A stretch of DNA of 63,891 nt, counting the filler, from Octopus bimaculoides (lineage: Eukaryota), in the NCBI RefSeq assembly GCF_001194135.2. It is 6 parts of 6 records of this genome, joined end to end, with 100 filler letters (N's around TTAATTAATTAA, not from the genome) between each part and the next. Parts side by side here need not be neighbours in the genome. Positions count along the whole stretch, not along the records: positions 1 to 1,890 come from NC_068985.1; positions 1,991 to 5,044 come from NW_026313195.1; positions 5,145 to 21,931 come from NC_068994.1; 3 more parts are not named here. One strand, 5' to 3'. Numbering within the stretch: the stretch's first letter is position 1; each line of letters opens with the position of its first letter. This document shows, piece after piece, positions 1 through 11,136 of this stretch. The position numbers and the translations under genes are program-made. Below the pieces are notes generated by a model, which did no database searches, had not been told where the DNA came from, and was given only the letters and a program-made list of their open reading frames with translations.

Positions 1-31
<31 letters not shown>

Positions 32-32
32 C

Positions 33-282
33 TGAGACCCCCTTCGGTCACGACTGATCATGGGATTGCACCTAGAAAGTTACCCTCCGAGGCACAAGTG
101 CGGGCAACGTTGTTTATAGTAGACGAGCAGGCGCTAACACATACCGGTCTCCCCTCTCCACGCCACCGACGTTATTCTAGGGAAAGGCAAAGGCCGATAC
201 AGCTTGGGACCTGTGACGTCGCAGCTCATTTCTACAGCGGAGTGAACGGGAGCAACGTGAAATAAAGTGTCTTGCTCAAGAT
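33..282 (-). mobile_element. SINE body fragment (conserved-domain tRNA-SINE type)
   Basis: Minus strand reads CTTGAGCAAGACACTTTATTTCACGTTGCTCC..CACTCCGCTGTAGAAATGAG, a typical SINE post-tRNA core; GC-richer block next to (AT)n. Confidence 0.55.
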
Positions 283-779
283 ACTATATTATTATATGAT
301 TGTAAGCCACGCATCCTCTTCCAAGTAAGTTTTATCTTAATTCTGATGCGCAATCTATACGATCTTTTTACTCTTTCTTTTTTCTCTCATTGTCTCTGCT
401 ATACTTTTACCTCCTCTTCTCCCACTATTCTATCCTATTACTCTATCACTCTCTCTCCCTCACTCCTCTTTCCTTGCTCACGTGGCTCCCACGTGACCGT
501 CGGTCATATTTTCTTTCTTTTTCTAACTTTTGTTTCTTTCTTCCTCTCCGTTCTAGCTGCAACAAGGAAGACGTGTTCTAGTCCGTCTCCTCTCCAAGCT
601 TGATTTACGCGTTCGCCACCAGAACCTCGTCTAGGCTTAGCAGCCCTTCCTCTTTGTTTTCTCTGTCCTGCTTGTGTTACCAATTTTGACCCTCCGCAAA
701 ATCCCAATTTTATTTAATATATTTTGCGGGAGCAACTGTCTTATCGAAGGCGTATATTGTTCTTAAATGCTCGAAATGC

Positions 780-945
780 GAGAGTAGAAAAACAGGCAAC
801 AACTGATGAAGGGTCGTTCTTTATGTTGTTTGTCTTGTTTTCTATTTGTATCTTTCGTTGTTCGAAAAATAGTTCATATTCCATGTACTCGTACTTCGTA
901 TTTTTTGTACACATCTCATGACGTCCTGTGCCCACATATGCATAT
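780..945 (+). repeat. Interspersed repeat tail family ending TGACGTCCTGT(G/A)CCCA.ATATGCAT
   Basis: Related copies at ~4095-4190 (+) and ~14880-15050 (-); shared ACAACTGATGAAG motif at 803 and 15008-15014 (rc). Confidence 0.55.
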
Positions 946-1376
946 ACATATATATATGCACTTATACATACAAGAGAAAATTAGAACGAGAAGAATAAAA
1001 AATAAGATGAATATAATGCAAAATTCAAACAAAAGATTTCCGTTGCAATAAAGCAACAGAAGAGTTCATAACGATCAGGAGTGACAGATATGTCTCTAGA
1101 CACTGCAGATCAGTTTGAAAAGCCTTGCGTTTATCCATGTTACTTATCCTATTATCCCAAACACTCAAATAGTAATTGTTTATAAATTAACAATGACACT
1201 ACAAGTCTGATACGGTAATTCTAATTCACTTGTCAGCATTTATGCTAATTACTAATAGATAAATTCGTTATTATTTCCTAATTATTTTCTATAATTGCGC
1301 ATCTGTTCTAGTGGCATCATATACTGTACTTAACTTACAAATACATACATGTACACATAGATAATGTTTATAGATA

Positions 1377-1881
1377 CAGGGTGTCCGTAAAGCCATGGTG
1401 CAACTTAAAATACCTGTATCCTTGTCTATTCTTGTATGATAGAATTAATCTGTAAAAAGAACAAAAAAAAAAACTTAATCGTTTTGTAAATTTTCAATCT
1501 GTCCACCATCATTATTAATACAAAAAGAAATACGATTCTGTAGGTCTCGGAAAACATTTTCCAGCTGATTTTCAGTAACACATTCAATCACATCCGTTAT
1601 CATTGCTTTCAAGTCTTCTAAAGATCGAGGTTTAACTGAATAAATAATACTTTTCACATGTCCGCATTAAAAGAAATCCAGTTGAGTTAAATCTGGTGAA
1701 CGTGGAGGCCAAAATAAGGGTCCACCTCTTCCAATCCATTTGTTGGGAAATTTCTCATTTAGAAACTGCTTACCTTGCAGAGCAAAGTTGAAAGAGAGTA
1801 TTCGCTATCAGTTCTAATTGTGAAAGTTTATGAGTGAAGTAATTTTGTAGCATTGCACCATGACTTTATGGACACTCGGTG
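1377..1881 (-). mobile_element. Internally deleted Tc1/mariner-superfamily element, rosa/DD41D type
   Basis: TIRs CAGGGTGTCCGTAAAGCCATGGTGCAA and rc CACCGAGTGTCCATAAAGTCATGGTGCAA flanked by TA; minus strand encodes FLNEKFPNKWIGRGGPLFWPPRSPDLTQLDFF*..KSIIYSVKPRSLEDLK..CINNDGGQIE. Confidence 0.9.
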
Positions 1882-1990
1882 TATATATATNNNNNNNNNN
1901 NNNNNNNNNNNNNNNNNNNNNNNNNNNNNNNNNNTTAATTAATTAANNNNNNNNNNNNNNNNNNNNNNNNNNNNNNNNNNNNNNNNNNNN

Positions 1991-2222
1991 CATCCAGCGG
2001 AGCATACTGGCTTCATTCCTTGTGAGCTTACGCATGTCCTAAGCAATCACAGCCCATGTTTCACTGCCATGTAGCATGGCTGTTCGAACACATGCGTCAT
2101 ACAGTCTGCCTTTTACTCTGAGTGAGAGTCCCTTTGTCGCCAGCAGAGGTAAGAGATCTCTGAACTTTGCCCAGGCTATTCTTATTCTAGCAGCTACACT
2201 TTCAGTGCACCCTCCCCACATC
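1991..2222 (-). mobile_element. RTE-clade LINE, post-RT C-terminal fragment
   Basis: Translation RIRIAWAKFRDLLPLL..LSLRVKGRLYDACVRTAMLHGSETW..EASMLRWM. Confidence 0.85.
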
Positions 2223-2244
2223 CAATTTTCCATATATATATATA

Positions 2245-2428
2245 TATATATACATATATATATTTACATTATTTACATTCTTTACATTGTTTACGTTTGA
2301 TGGATATTTGTCGTCATTTTGTTTGTTTTTAACACAACGTTTCGGTTGATATACCCTCCAGCCTTCGTCAGGTGTCTTGGAGAAATTTCCAACCTGGGAT
2401 CTCATTCCTAAGGTATTTTTCGATGTTG

Positions 2429-2491
<63 letters not shown>

Positions 2492-2576
2492 TTATCATTA
2501 TCATTCAGGTCACTGGCTGGAATCAAACTCGGAATCTTGGGGTTAGTAGGCCATGCTCTTAACCACTATGCCATAT
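2245..2576 (-). mobile_element. tRNA-headed SINE with (AAT)n spacer and hammerhead-containing tail
   Basis: Box A TGGCATAGTGG (rc 2563-2573), box B-like GAGTTTGATTCC (rc 2519-2530), (AAT)n, then hammerhead motif and AATGTAAA-repeat end. Confidence 0.75.
2331..2376 (-). ncRNA. Minimal type I hammerhead ribozyme (PLE-type)
   Basis: GACAC-CUGACGA-A-GGCUG(10-nt loop)CAACC-GAAAC-GUU-GUGUU: stem I 5 bp, full core, stem II, loop-less palindromic ACGU stem III. Confidence 0.75.
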
Positions 2577-2585
2577 ACCCATTGG

Positions 2586-2785
2586 TTCTTAACCCCAAGA
2601 TTCTGTGTTCAATTCCAAGCAGTGACCTGAATAATAATAATAATAACCCAAGTTCCAAATTTCCCCAAAACATCTGATGAAGGCTGGAGGGTATATCAGC
2701 CAAAACATTGTGTTGACAACAAACAAGATGAGGACAAATATCCGTCAAACGTACATAATTCCTCATCTCTTAAATATAGAACTAT
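2586..2785 (+). mobile_element. Second, 5'-truncated copy of the hammerhead SINE (inverted relative to first)
   Basis: AACCCCAAGATTCTGTGTTCAATTCC..AGTGACCTGAATAATAAT..CTGATGAAGGCTGGAGGGTATATCAGCCAAAACATTGTGTT; core mutated at two positions. Confidence 0.75.
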
Positions 2786-4996
2786 ATATATATTTATTAA
2801 TTCATAATAGTATATAAGAAGAACAGAGAGATACACACTCTCCTGTACACACACATAACATTCCCACCAACACAAACATACACATATAAAACACACACAG
2901 ACCCATATACACACGCCACAATAAACTCTGGGACCAATCAAAAACGGCTCACACACACAGACACAAACATGTATATATACACACACACACACATAGAGAT
3001 GTGCCCAGAGACATTCTGACCTCTAAGACCAGTCCCCAAAACCACTGAACCATGACAGACTAGCCCAGAAACAAAAAAAAAATCCTCTTAATTCTACATT
3101 GCCCTTCCTTCCTCCCACCCCAACAAGCCTCCCACACTGTCTCTTAAAATAGCAAACATTCCCTCGCTACACACAAGAGAAAAACATGTTAAAAAGATGG
3201 GTCAGTTCCTCTCCAATTTTTTGCAAATTCTTAAATATATCTCCTGGGTATATATATATATAGTTACCAAACGCTTTTTGCTGAATACTCTCTTGTAAAC
3301 CGTTTTAAACATATTCTTGTTATTATTATCAAAGAATGTATATATGTATTTTAATACTTATACTGTTTTTAACATTTCCTATTATTATCAAAGAATATAT
3401 ATATGTATTTTTATATATGTATTNNNNNNNNNNNNNNNNNNNNNNNNNNNNNNNNNNNNNNNNNNNNNNNNNNNNNNNNNNNNNNNNNNNNNNNNNNNNN
3501 NNNNNNNNNNNNNNNNNNNNNNNNNNNNNNNNNNNNNNNNNNNNNNNNNNNNNNNNNNNNNNNNNNNNNNNNNNNNNNNNNNNNNNNNNNNNNNNNNNNN
3601 NNNNNNNNNNNNNNNNNNNNNNNNNNNNNNNNNNNNNNNNNNNNNNNNNNNNNNNNNNNNNNNNNNNNNNNNNNNNNNNNNNNNNNNNNNNNNNNNNNNN
3701 NNNNNNNNNNNNNNNNNNNNNNNNNNNNNNNNNNNNNNNNNNNNNNNNNNNNNNNNNNNNNNNNNNNNNNNNNNNNNNNNNNNNNNNNNNNNNNNNNNNN
3801 NNNNNNNNNNNNNNNNNNNNNNNNNNNNNNNNNNNNNNNNNNNNNNNNNNNNNNNNNNNNNNNNNNNNNNNNNNNNNNNNNNNNNNNNNNNNNNNNNNNN
3901 NNNNNNNNNNNNATATATATATATCTGTATATACATATATATCAATATGTATATATATGCTCACACGCACACACAGACAAACTTAGCTGGAAATGGCGTT
4001 CAATTAAATAAAGATATAAATAATATATATAATATTTACATATATATATGTATATATGCATATATGGGTACAGGATATCACCAAGTGTGTAAACAATATT
4101 TTTTCTCTTACTGTTTGTGTATTTAACTCGTTTTGTTTTCATACTACATATTGTTTACACAGTTGGTGACGTCTTGTACCCATATATGCATATATATATA
4201 TATATGTGTGTGTGTGTGTATATATATATATATAGGCACTATCATGCTATATAAGAAGTTCCCCAGCAAGACCGCAGCTTTTGGGCTGAAACTGGTTAAA
4301 GAGTTAACACAATGACTTTGAAATTTCATATCCGTTAGACACAAAATTTATTTAATATGTAACCTTTACATATCTCTTTCCTTGAATTTCAATTTAAAAT
4401 ATTATTAATCCTACATTTAATACTGACAATAGCTGTGACCACAAGAGGGAACACGTGTTTGATTTCGTTGTCAAATGAAATCTTACCTTTCAGAACTTTA
4501 CAAGTATATTTCTCTGCATTTGTCCTATGTATGTTAACACAACCATATTCTTCTCCTGTGAGTATCTTTGTCATGATAATCTGAAAAATGATTTTTAAAA
4601 ATGGCTTTTAAGTTAATTAGTTTTATGACATGTTTAAATTAATGCAAACATCTACGTTGATTGACGAGGGTGGTCAAGTGGCATTATGCCAAGACTACAG
4701 TATGATAGAAGGACAAGCATAGGTGTCTTGTTACGGACGGGGATACATGGCTACCACACATTATATTGGGGTGGTTGGGAGTGGTTGGAAGGGGCTAAAA
4801 GTGAGAGTGATGCTGTGCCAGGGCAAATTCTTAGCGGACATGAAGGGGAGAAAACACACTGTGGGTTATGTGAAGGAAGAAGGGAGTGGGGTTTTGTGTA
4901 AGAGGGGAGAATAACATGATGGTCAGAGAGGGGTCTTTCTCTCTCCCTCCCTCCATCTTTCTCTCTCTCTCTTTACATATATATATAATTTGAAAC

Positions 4997-5044
<48 letters not shown>

Positions 5045-5144
5045 NNNNNNNNNNNNNNNNNNNNNNNNNNNNNNNNNNNNNNNNNNNNTTAATTAATTAA
5101 NNNNNNNNNNNNNNNNNNNNNNNNNNNNNNNNNNNNNNNNNNNN

Positions 5145-5600
5145 ATGAGTATTTTTGCTAAATTTGGTGAAAAATTTGTGGCGGTGTATTGAACAGATTT
5201 TCACCAAATTTGGCAAAAATACTCATAACCCGAACCCGAATCCTAAAACCAGTACAAATGCACAAACGATGTCATAAATAACAGTACTGCCGATAGTTGT
5301 TGTTGACAAACAACGGCACTAATTTTATTCAAGAGAAAAGATCCCATTACACCGCCACAACGTGTTGTTGACAATCCACAGCAAAAATTGTTTTCACCTC
5401 AATAGTTGTCAGTGATTGGTTGAAATTACCGAAATACGACAATTTTAACACGAAATAACTTTAAAAATATAAACTTTTCTCAACAATACTAAGAGTAAAA
5501 GATGTTTTATATGACACATTCTACCAGTGTCCCAAGTTTGAAAGTGTTTCGTTAGAGAACAAATGCTGTCCACCAAATCAGAAAGGGTTAGGGTTAGGGT
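5145..5600. mobile_element. Non-autonomous hairpin element with telomere-like repeats (Helentron/HINE-like?)
   Basis: 30-bp inverted repeat 5145-5174/5197-5226, TAACCCGAACCCGAA at ~5226 and GGGTTAGGGTTAGGGTTAG at ~5585. Confidence 0.4.
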
Positions 5601-5624
5601 TAGAAGCAAACGTCAGTACACTTT

Positions 5625-5915
5625 TCAGCTGGATTCCTTCCCATGCATGATCAACTAAGACTATGGATATTATTCAATCATCTTCTTATTCTGCCCCTGA
5701 GTCTCCTGCTGGTTGACTCGGCGTGAAGAATCCATCTTGCGATTCTTACTTGCAACATTCTAATCACATGTCCATAGTATCGGTGCATTGACCTATCAAT
5801 GCAGAGAAGTAGCAGTTCGACCAGGAAAGACTCCCTGATCTTCAGGCTCTGAACCCTGTCGAGTAGCGTTTCTACACAGATCCTTCGGAGAAACCCAATT
5901 TCAGCCACTTGTATT
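5625..5915 (-). mobile_element. RTE-clade LINE C-terminal fragment
   Basis: Translation EIGFLRRICVETLLDRVQSLKIRE..LLLCIDRSMHRYYGHVIRM..RIARWIL..RRLRGRIRR. Confidence 0.8.
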
Positions 5916-6699
5916 CAGAAAGTAAATGCATGAGGAATTTCTTTCCGGGTTAATAAAAGAATGACAGTGTCAATAAAGACTAACTTTAAAATTATGTTCT
6001 GTTAATTCAATATATGACATGGGCTTCGAATTGTTATCCAAGTATACTGAATAATATTGATTTATTAACTCTGCATTTTTCACCAAGCACACAAGTATTA
6101 AGATGGTCATAATTACAGATAGAGACGGAATTTGAATCAATTATATTAGAAAGCCGTTTAGTATTGTAATTTCTAACAGAGCGGTTAAAGTTATTATATG
6201 GATAGTAACTGACATCATTCAGTTTCTGTGAAAGATTAAGTGGTATTTCAGGTCCGTTGAAAAGTCAAGGGAGATAAATTTAAACAACTCTTCAGCTATA
6301 TTTGTTCCCACAATTATATTATACACAAGGTTATTGCATTTTTCTGAGGAGCTACTGTTCCGGAGAAATGAAGTGAAAAAATATATAGATATACACGCAT
6401 ACATACATATGCATGTATATATATATGCACACACACACACACACAAAGCAGGAGATTCAATTCACAGATCATTTAATTAAGTCACATTACATGTATTTCA
6501 TTAACAATAATATTCCTTAAAGAAAGAGAACCCCCCTTTAAACACACAACATTATCAAACCTTCGATGATTGTGCAATAAACGTAATTAACGCCTAAGAT
6601 ATATCATGGCCATCGGACAGTATTATAGTTCCAAAAATGTACGTAATTGACTGACTGTCTGTCTGTGTGTATGTATAGATGAATAAGTATAAGTATGTA

Positions 6700-6752
<53 letters not shown>

Positions 6753-6761
6753 TATATAAAT

Positions 6762-6795
<34 letters not shown>

Positions 6796-6796
6796 C

Positions 6797-7280
6797 ATCA
6801 TCGTTTAACGTCTGCTTTCCATGCTAGCATGGGTTGGACGATTTGACTGAGGACTGGTGAAACCCGATGGCTACACCAGGCTCCAATCTGATTTGGCAGA
6901 GTTTCTACAGCTGGATGCCCTTCCTAACGCCAACCACTCCGAGAGTGTAGTGGGTGCTTTTACGTGCCACCGGCACGAAGGCCAGTCAGGCGGTACTGGC
7001 AACGGCCATGCACAAAATGGTGTATTTTATGTGCCACCCGCACAAGAGCCAGTCCAGGGGCACTGGCAACGATCTCACCCGAAAATCCTTACACATGCTG
7101 CGGGCACAAGTGCCAGAAAGCCGACGCTGGGCACAGGTGCCATCCCGATTTCGCTTGACCCAACAGGTCTTCGCAAGCTGAGTTTCGTGTCCAATGAAGG
7201 AGACGATGTTGGCATGGGTGCCAGTCATCGAATTTAGTTCGATTTCGATTTCACTTGCCTCAACGGGTCTTCGCAAGCGA
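6797..7280 (-). mobile_element. LINE (probably RTE) 3' UTR with (GAT)n tail and internal GTGCCA repeats
   Basis: ATCATCATCGTTTAACGTCTGCTTTCCATGCTAGCATGGGTTGGACG; same end found in opposite orientation at 18600-18665 and 19480-19535. Confidence 0.7.
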
Positions 7281-7529
7281 GGTGGGTGGAGGTGGGGGGG
7301 CAGGTAAAGAGATGTGTAGAGGTCTGTCCATTTCTATGGTGAATGTTCAATTATTCAATCAAGAGAAAAATCTACTCGTTGAATAAGCATGTTAACTGGC
7401 TGAGTATTCCGCTGACAGGGTCAAGTTGGAGGAAGGAACGTTAAAGAGGGGAAGGAGTAGGAAAAGCTATGAGGAAGGGTGAGGCATTACCAAGACCTAA
7501 CTCTTGCATATTGAATTGTATAGAGGGAC

Positions 7530-7880
7530 AGTTTTACACACACACACACAGAGACGTATACACACATACACACACACACAAGTACACAAAAGCATACACA
7601 CACGCATGCATACACATACGCATACACAAACATGCACACACGTATGTTCACACACACACACACACAAATACACATACCCACGCTCACACAGAAGCACACA
7701 CATACACACGCACTCAGAGTCGCACGCACGCATGCGTACAGACTCACTCACACACACGCACGCGCACACACACACACACACAGACGCATGCTCACGCAGA
7801 CACACACATGCACACTCACACATACACATATGCACATACGCACATACTCGCGCACGCATACATACACACGCTCACACACG
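7530..7880. repeat. Degenerate (CA)n/(CACG)n microsatellite tract
   Basis: Alternating purine-pyrimidine array; similar tracts at 8260-8450 and many other sites. Confidence 0.95.
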
Positions 7881-8029
7881 TCGGTAAACATCGTTCAACC
7901 ACATCTCTTAGTCACATTGAAAACTTTGATGAATCTTGAAGCAGCTTTTGTAAAGCTATAAATACAAAATGAACAATCTCTGCCTTTAAACGCATTGAGT
8001 ACTTCTCTTGGGGTGCTCAATCTAGTACT

Positions 8030-8160
8030 CATTTTATCTACCCCGAACGGCTGAAAGGAAAAGTCGACCCCGGCGGAATTTGAACTCAGAATGTGATGAT
8101 GGACGAAATGGTGCTAAGCATGTTTTCCGGTGTACTAACAGTTCTGCCACCTTGCCACTC
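8030..8160 (-). mobile_element. tRNA-derived SINE family B (AAGGCGGCGAGCTGGCAGAATCGTTAGC head)
   Basis: CCCCGAACGGCTGAAAGGAAAAGTCGACCCCGGCGGAATTTGAACTCAGAA; homologous to 9809-9935, 14120-14285, 38938-39118, 59495-59610. Confidence 0.8.
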
Positions 8161-8224
<64 letters not shown>

Positions 8225-8477
8225 GGCTGGATATAGTAATATTTGGGAGGGACATATGCACACACGTACACTCACACACACTCAAACACACACACCCACG
8301 TTCACACAAAAGCACACATGCATGGACACATATACACACACACTCATAAACACGCACGTGTACAGACTCACACACATGCACACATACATGTACGCATACA
8401 CAAACATGCACACACAGATGCATGTTCACACAGACACAGACACACGTGAAAGAAATAGAAAAACATAGAGACAAACA

Positions 8478-8700
8478 TAAAGGTTATCTCTATTGTCATC
8501 AGAGCATTAAGTTCAATACCATCAAACCTGAAAAAACATCTGAAAATGTTAGAAATACCCTACAATCTAGACATATTGCAAAAGTTGGCATCGCTTGGAA
8601 CTGCATGCATATTGCGTAAAGTACTGTCTGTCTGAGGTCCTTGTTGTGACTTGGCAAACAGTACAAACCCCCCGGTAGACACATATTCAATCAACAACCT
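8478..8700 (+). mobile_element. R4/NeSL-type RLE LINE 3' end
   Basis: KVISIVIRALSSIPSNLKKHLKMLEIPYNLDILQKLASLGTACILRKVLSV* followed by UTR-like sequence. Confidence 0.75.
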
Positions 8701-9213
8701 TACGATATTGTATACCAATTCAGTGAAAAGGGATATATACCACACGGGTGCAATGAACCCCTGCAGAATGTGTGGGAAGAAGATCGAAAGCGTGACTTAC
8801 ATTGTTAGTGCTTGTGAAAGTCATGTGCAGAAAAAGTACAAGCACAGACAGGACAAGATAGCCCCAAACCCTAATTGGTTACTATGCCGGAAATATGGAT
8901 ACGAGGTAACGGGTGTTCGTTACCTACATACATCAAACGAAAAGGGGAAGGCATAATAACGACTGAGGAAGAAAATGTAACGATTCTTTGGGACATCCCA
9001 GTTTATACAGACGGAACCATCAAAGCTAATAAACCGGATGTTGTCGTGAAAGACCAAAGCAATGAAACCTGTTTATTGATTGACATGAGCATTCCTTTTG
9101 ATCGTAATATTTCAGCGAAAGATTTTGACAAGCTCAGAAAATATAAAGATTTGCTCATTGAAATCGGAAAAATGCAGCATCTCAAGACGGTTACAATACC
9201 ACTGATTGTAGAA
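8700..9213 (+). mobile_element. R4/NeSL-type LINE CCHC zinc knuckle plus restriction-like endonuclease fragment
   Basis: CRMCGKKIESVTYIVSAC, then ILWDIPVYTDGTIKANKPDVVVKD..CLLIDMSIP..DKLRKYKDL (PD..D RLE motif), frameshifted. Confidence 0.9.
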
Positions 9214-9214
9214 G

Positions 9215-9544
9215 TACTTCGTCGTTGGCACTCCGTCGGTTACGACGTCGAGGGTTCCAGTCGATCCGATCAACGGAACAGCCTGCTCGTGAAATTAACG
9301 TGCAAGTGGCTGAGCACTCCACAGACACGTGTACCCTTAACGTAGTTCTCGGGGATATTCAGCGTGACACAGACTGTGTCAAGGCTGACCCTTTGAATTA
9401 CAGGCACAACAGAAACACGAAGTAAGAGTGAGAGAAAGTTGTGATGGAAGAGTACAGCAGGGTTCGCCACCATTCCCTGCCGGAGCCTCGTGGAGCTTTT
9501 AGGTGTTTTCGCTCAATAAACACTCACAACGTCCGGTCTGGGAA
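9215..9544 (-). mobile_element. tRNA-derived SINE family A (head lost in gap)
   Basis: High similarity to 12690-13060. Confidence 0.85.
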
Positions 9545-9808
9545 NNNNNNNNNNNNNNNNNNNNNNNNNNNNNNNNNNNNNNNNNNNNNNNNNNNNNNNN
9601 NNNNNNNNNNNNNNNNNNNNNNNNNNNNNNNNNNNNNNNNNNNNNNNNNNNNNNNNNNNNNNNNNNNNNNNNNNNNNNNNNNNNNNNNNNNNNNNNNNNN
9701 NNNNNNNNNNNNNNNNNNNNNNNNNNNNNNNNNNNNNNNNNNNNNNNNNNNNNNNNNNNNNNNNNNNNNNNNNNNNNNNNNNNNNNNNNNNNNNNNNNNN
9801 NNNNNNNA

Positions 9809-9935
9809 TCAACCCCGAAAGGATGAAAGGCAAAGTCGATCTCGGCGGAATTTGAACTCAGAACGTAAAGACGGACGAAATACCGCTAAGCATTTCGCCC
9901 GGAGTGCTAACGATTCTGCCAGCTCACCGCCTTAA
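9809..9935 (-). mobile_element. tRNA-derived SINE family B
   Basis: ATCAACCCCGAAAGGATGAAAGGCAAAGTCGATCTCGGCGGAATTTGAACTCAG..GCCAGCTCACCGCCTT followed by (AAT)n. Confidence 0.85.
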
Positions 9936-9951
9936 TAATAATAATAAGAAC

Positions 9952-10011
<60 letters not shown>

Positions 10012-10375
10012 TTCTTTTAGTTGCCACCAGGACGACGGATGGAGTGGAAGATGTAACAAAGACACATTTAAAGGGTGGTGGGGTTTACAAAAAAAATGGA
10101 ATCCCTGTGCAGAAGAAGACGTATAACAATTACAACGTCGCCCACGGGAATAAAAAAAAACTCGTACTGTAAACTGCAACAGCCGTGCAAATACATACAG
10201 GCAACATATGTATGTGTAGGACACGCACAAATGAACAGTAATGGGTCGCACACATTCGTCCAATAAAGTGACATGCACATCTATTACATGTTAATCTAAA
10301 CCGACACGCACATACATGCATGTCTACGTATGTATTTATCTATGTATAATATATATATATATGTATGTATATGTA

Positions 10376-10445
<70 letters not shown>

Positions 10446-10731
10446 NNNNNNNNNNNNNNNNNNNNNNNNNNNNNNNNNNNNNNNNNNNNNNNNNNNNNNN
10501 NNNNNNNNNNNNNNNNNNNNNNNNNNNNNNNNNNNNNNNNNNNNNNNNNNNNNNNNNNNNNNNNNNNNNNNNNNNNNNNNNNNNNNNNNNNNNNNNNNNN
10601 NNNNNNNNNNNNNNNNNNNNNNNNNNNNNNNNNNNNNNNNNNNNNNNNNNNNNNNNNNNNNNNNNNNNNNNNNNNNNNNNNNNNNNNNNNNNNNNNNNNN
10701 NNNNNNNNNNNNNNNNNNNNNNNNNNNNNNN

Positions 10732-10776
<45 letters not shown>

Positions 10777-10789
10777 ATATATACATACA

Positions 10790-10940
10790 CAACAGGCTTC
10801 TTTCAGTTTCTGTTTACCAAATCCACTCACAAGGGTTTGGTCAGTCCAAGCTATAATAGAAGACACTTGCCCAAGGTGCCACACAGTGGGACTGAACCAG
10901 AAACCATGTGGTTCGTGAGCAAGTCTCTTGCCACACAGCC
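10790..10940 (-). mobile_element. SINE family C, head and core
   Basis: Reverse complement of GCTTGC..AACCACATGGTTC.GGTTCAGTCCCACTG.GTGGCACCTTGGGCAAGTGTCTTCT seen at 17826. Confidence 0.8.
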
Positions 10941-11136
10941 GTATATATATTCACACACACACACACACACACACATTATATATATATATTACACTCTCTC
11001 TTTCCTTTCCTGAGCGTCCAATAATACTATCCATATCACGTCCTCACTTTGTTGTTTTTNNNNNNNNNNAAATATTTTCGTCGCTTTGAGACTGCGACCT
11101 GTTCACTGACAAAATTCTGTGCTGCATCTATATATA

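Noticed and set aside
797-830. CTGATGA followed by a small hairpin (also rc at 15008-15014)
   Set aside because: No GAAA or NUH follows stem II, so it cannot be called a hammerhead; at most a half-core relic.
1891-1990. TTAATTAATTAA palindrome inside N runs (also 5089, 21976, 46637, 48903)
   Set aside because: Sits centred in a 100-bp gap (44 N + 12 + 44 N where counted) and gives stops in all six frames; an assembly spacer, not biology.
3317-4126. Long ORFs in the track spanning N gaps or microsatellites (poly-X, YI, HT, CV, poly-M/D/S)
   Set aside because: Artefacts of gaps and simple repeats; no coding signature.
6857-7237. 126-aa ORF
   Set aside because: Antisense read-through of a LINE 3' UTR that recurs elsewhere in the window.
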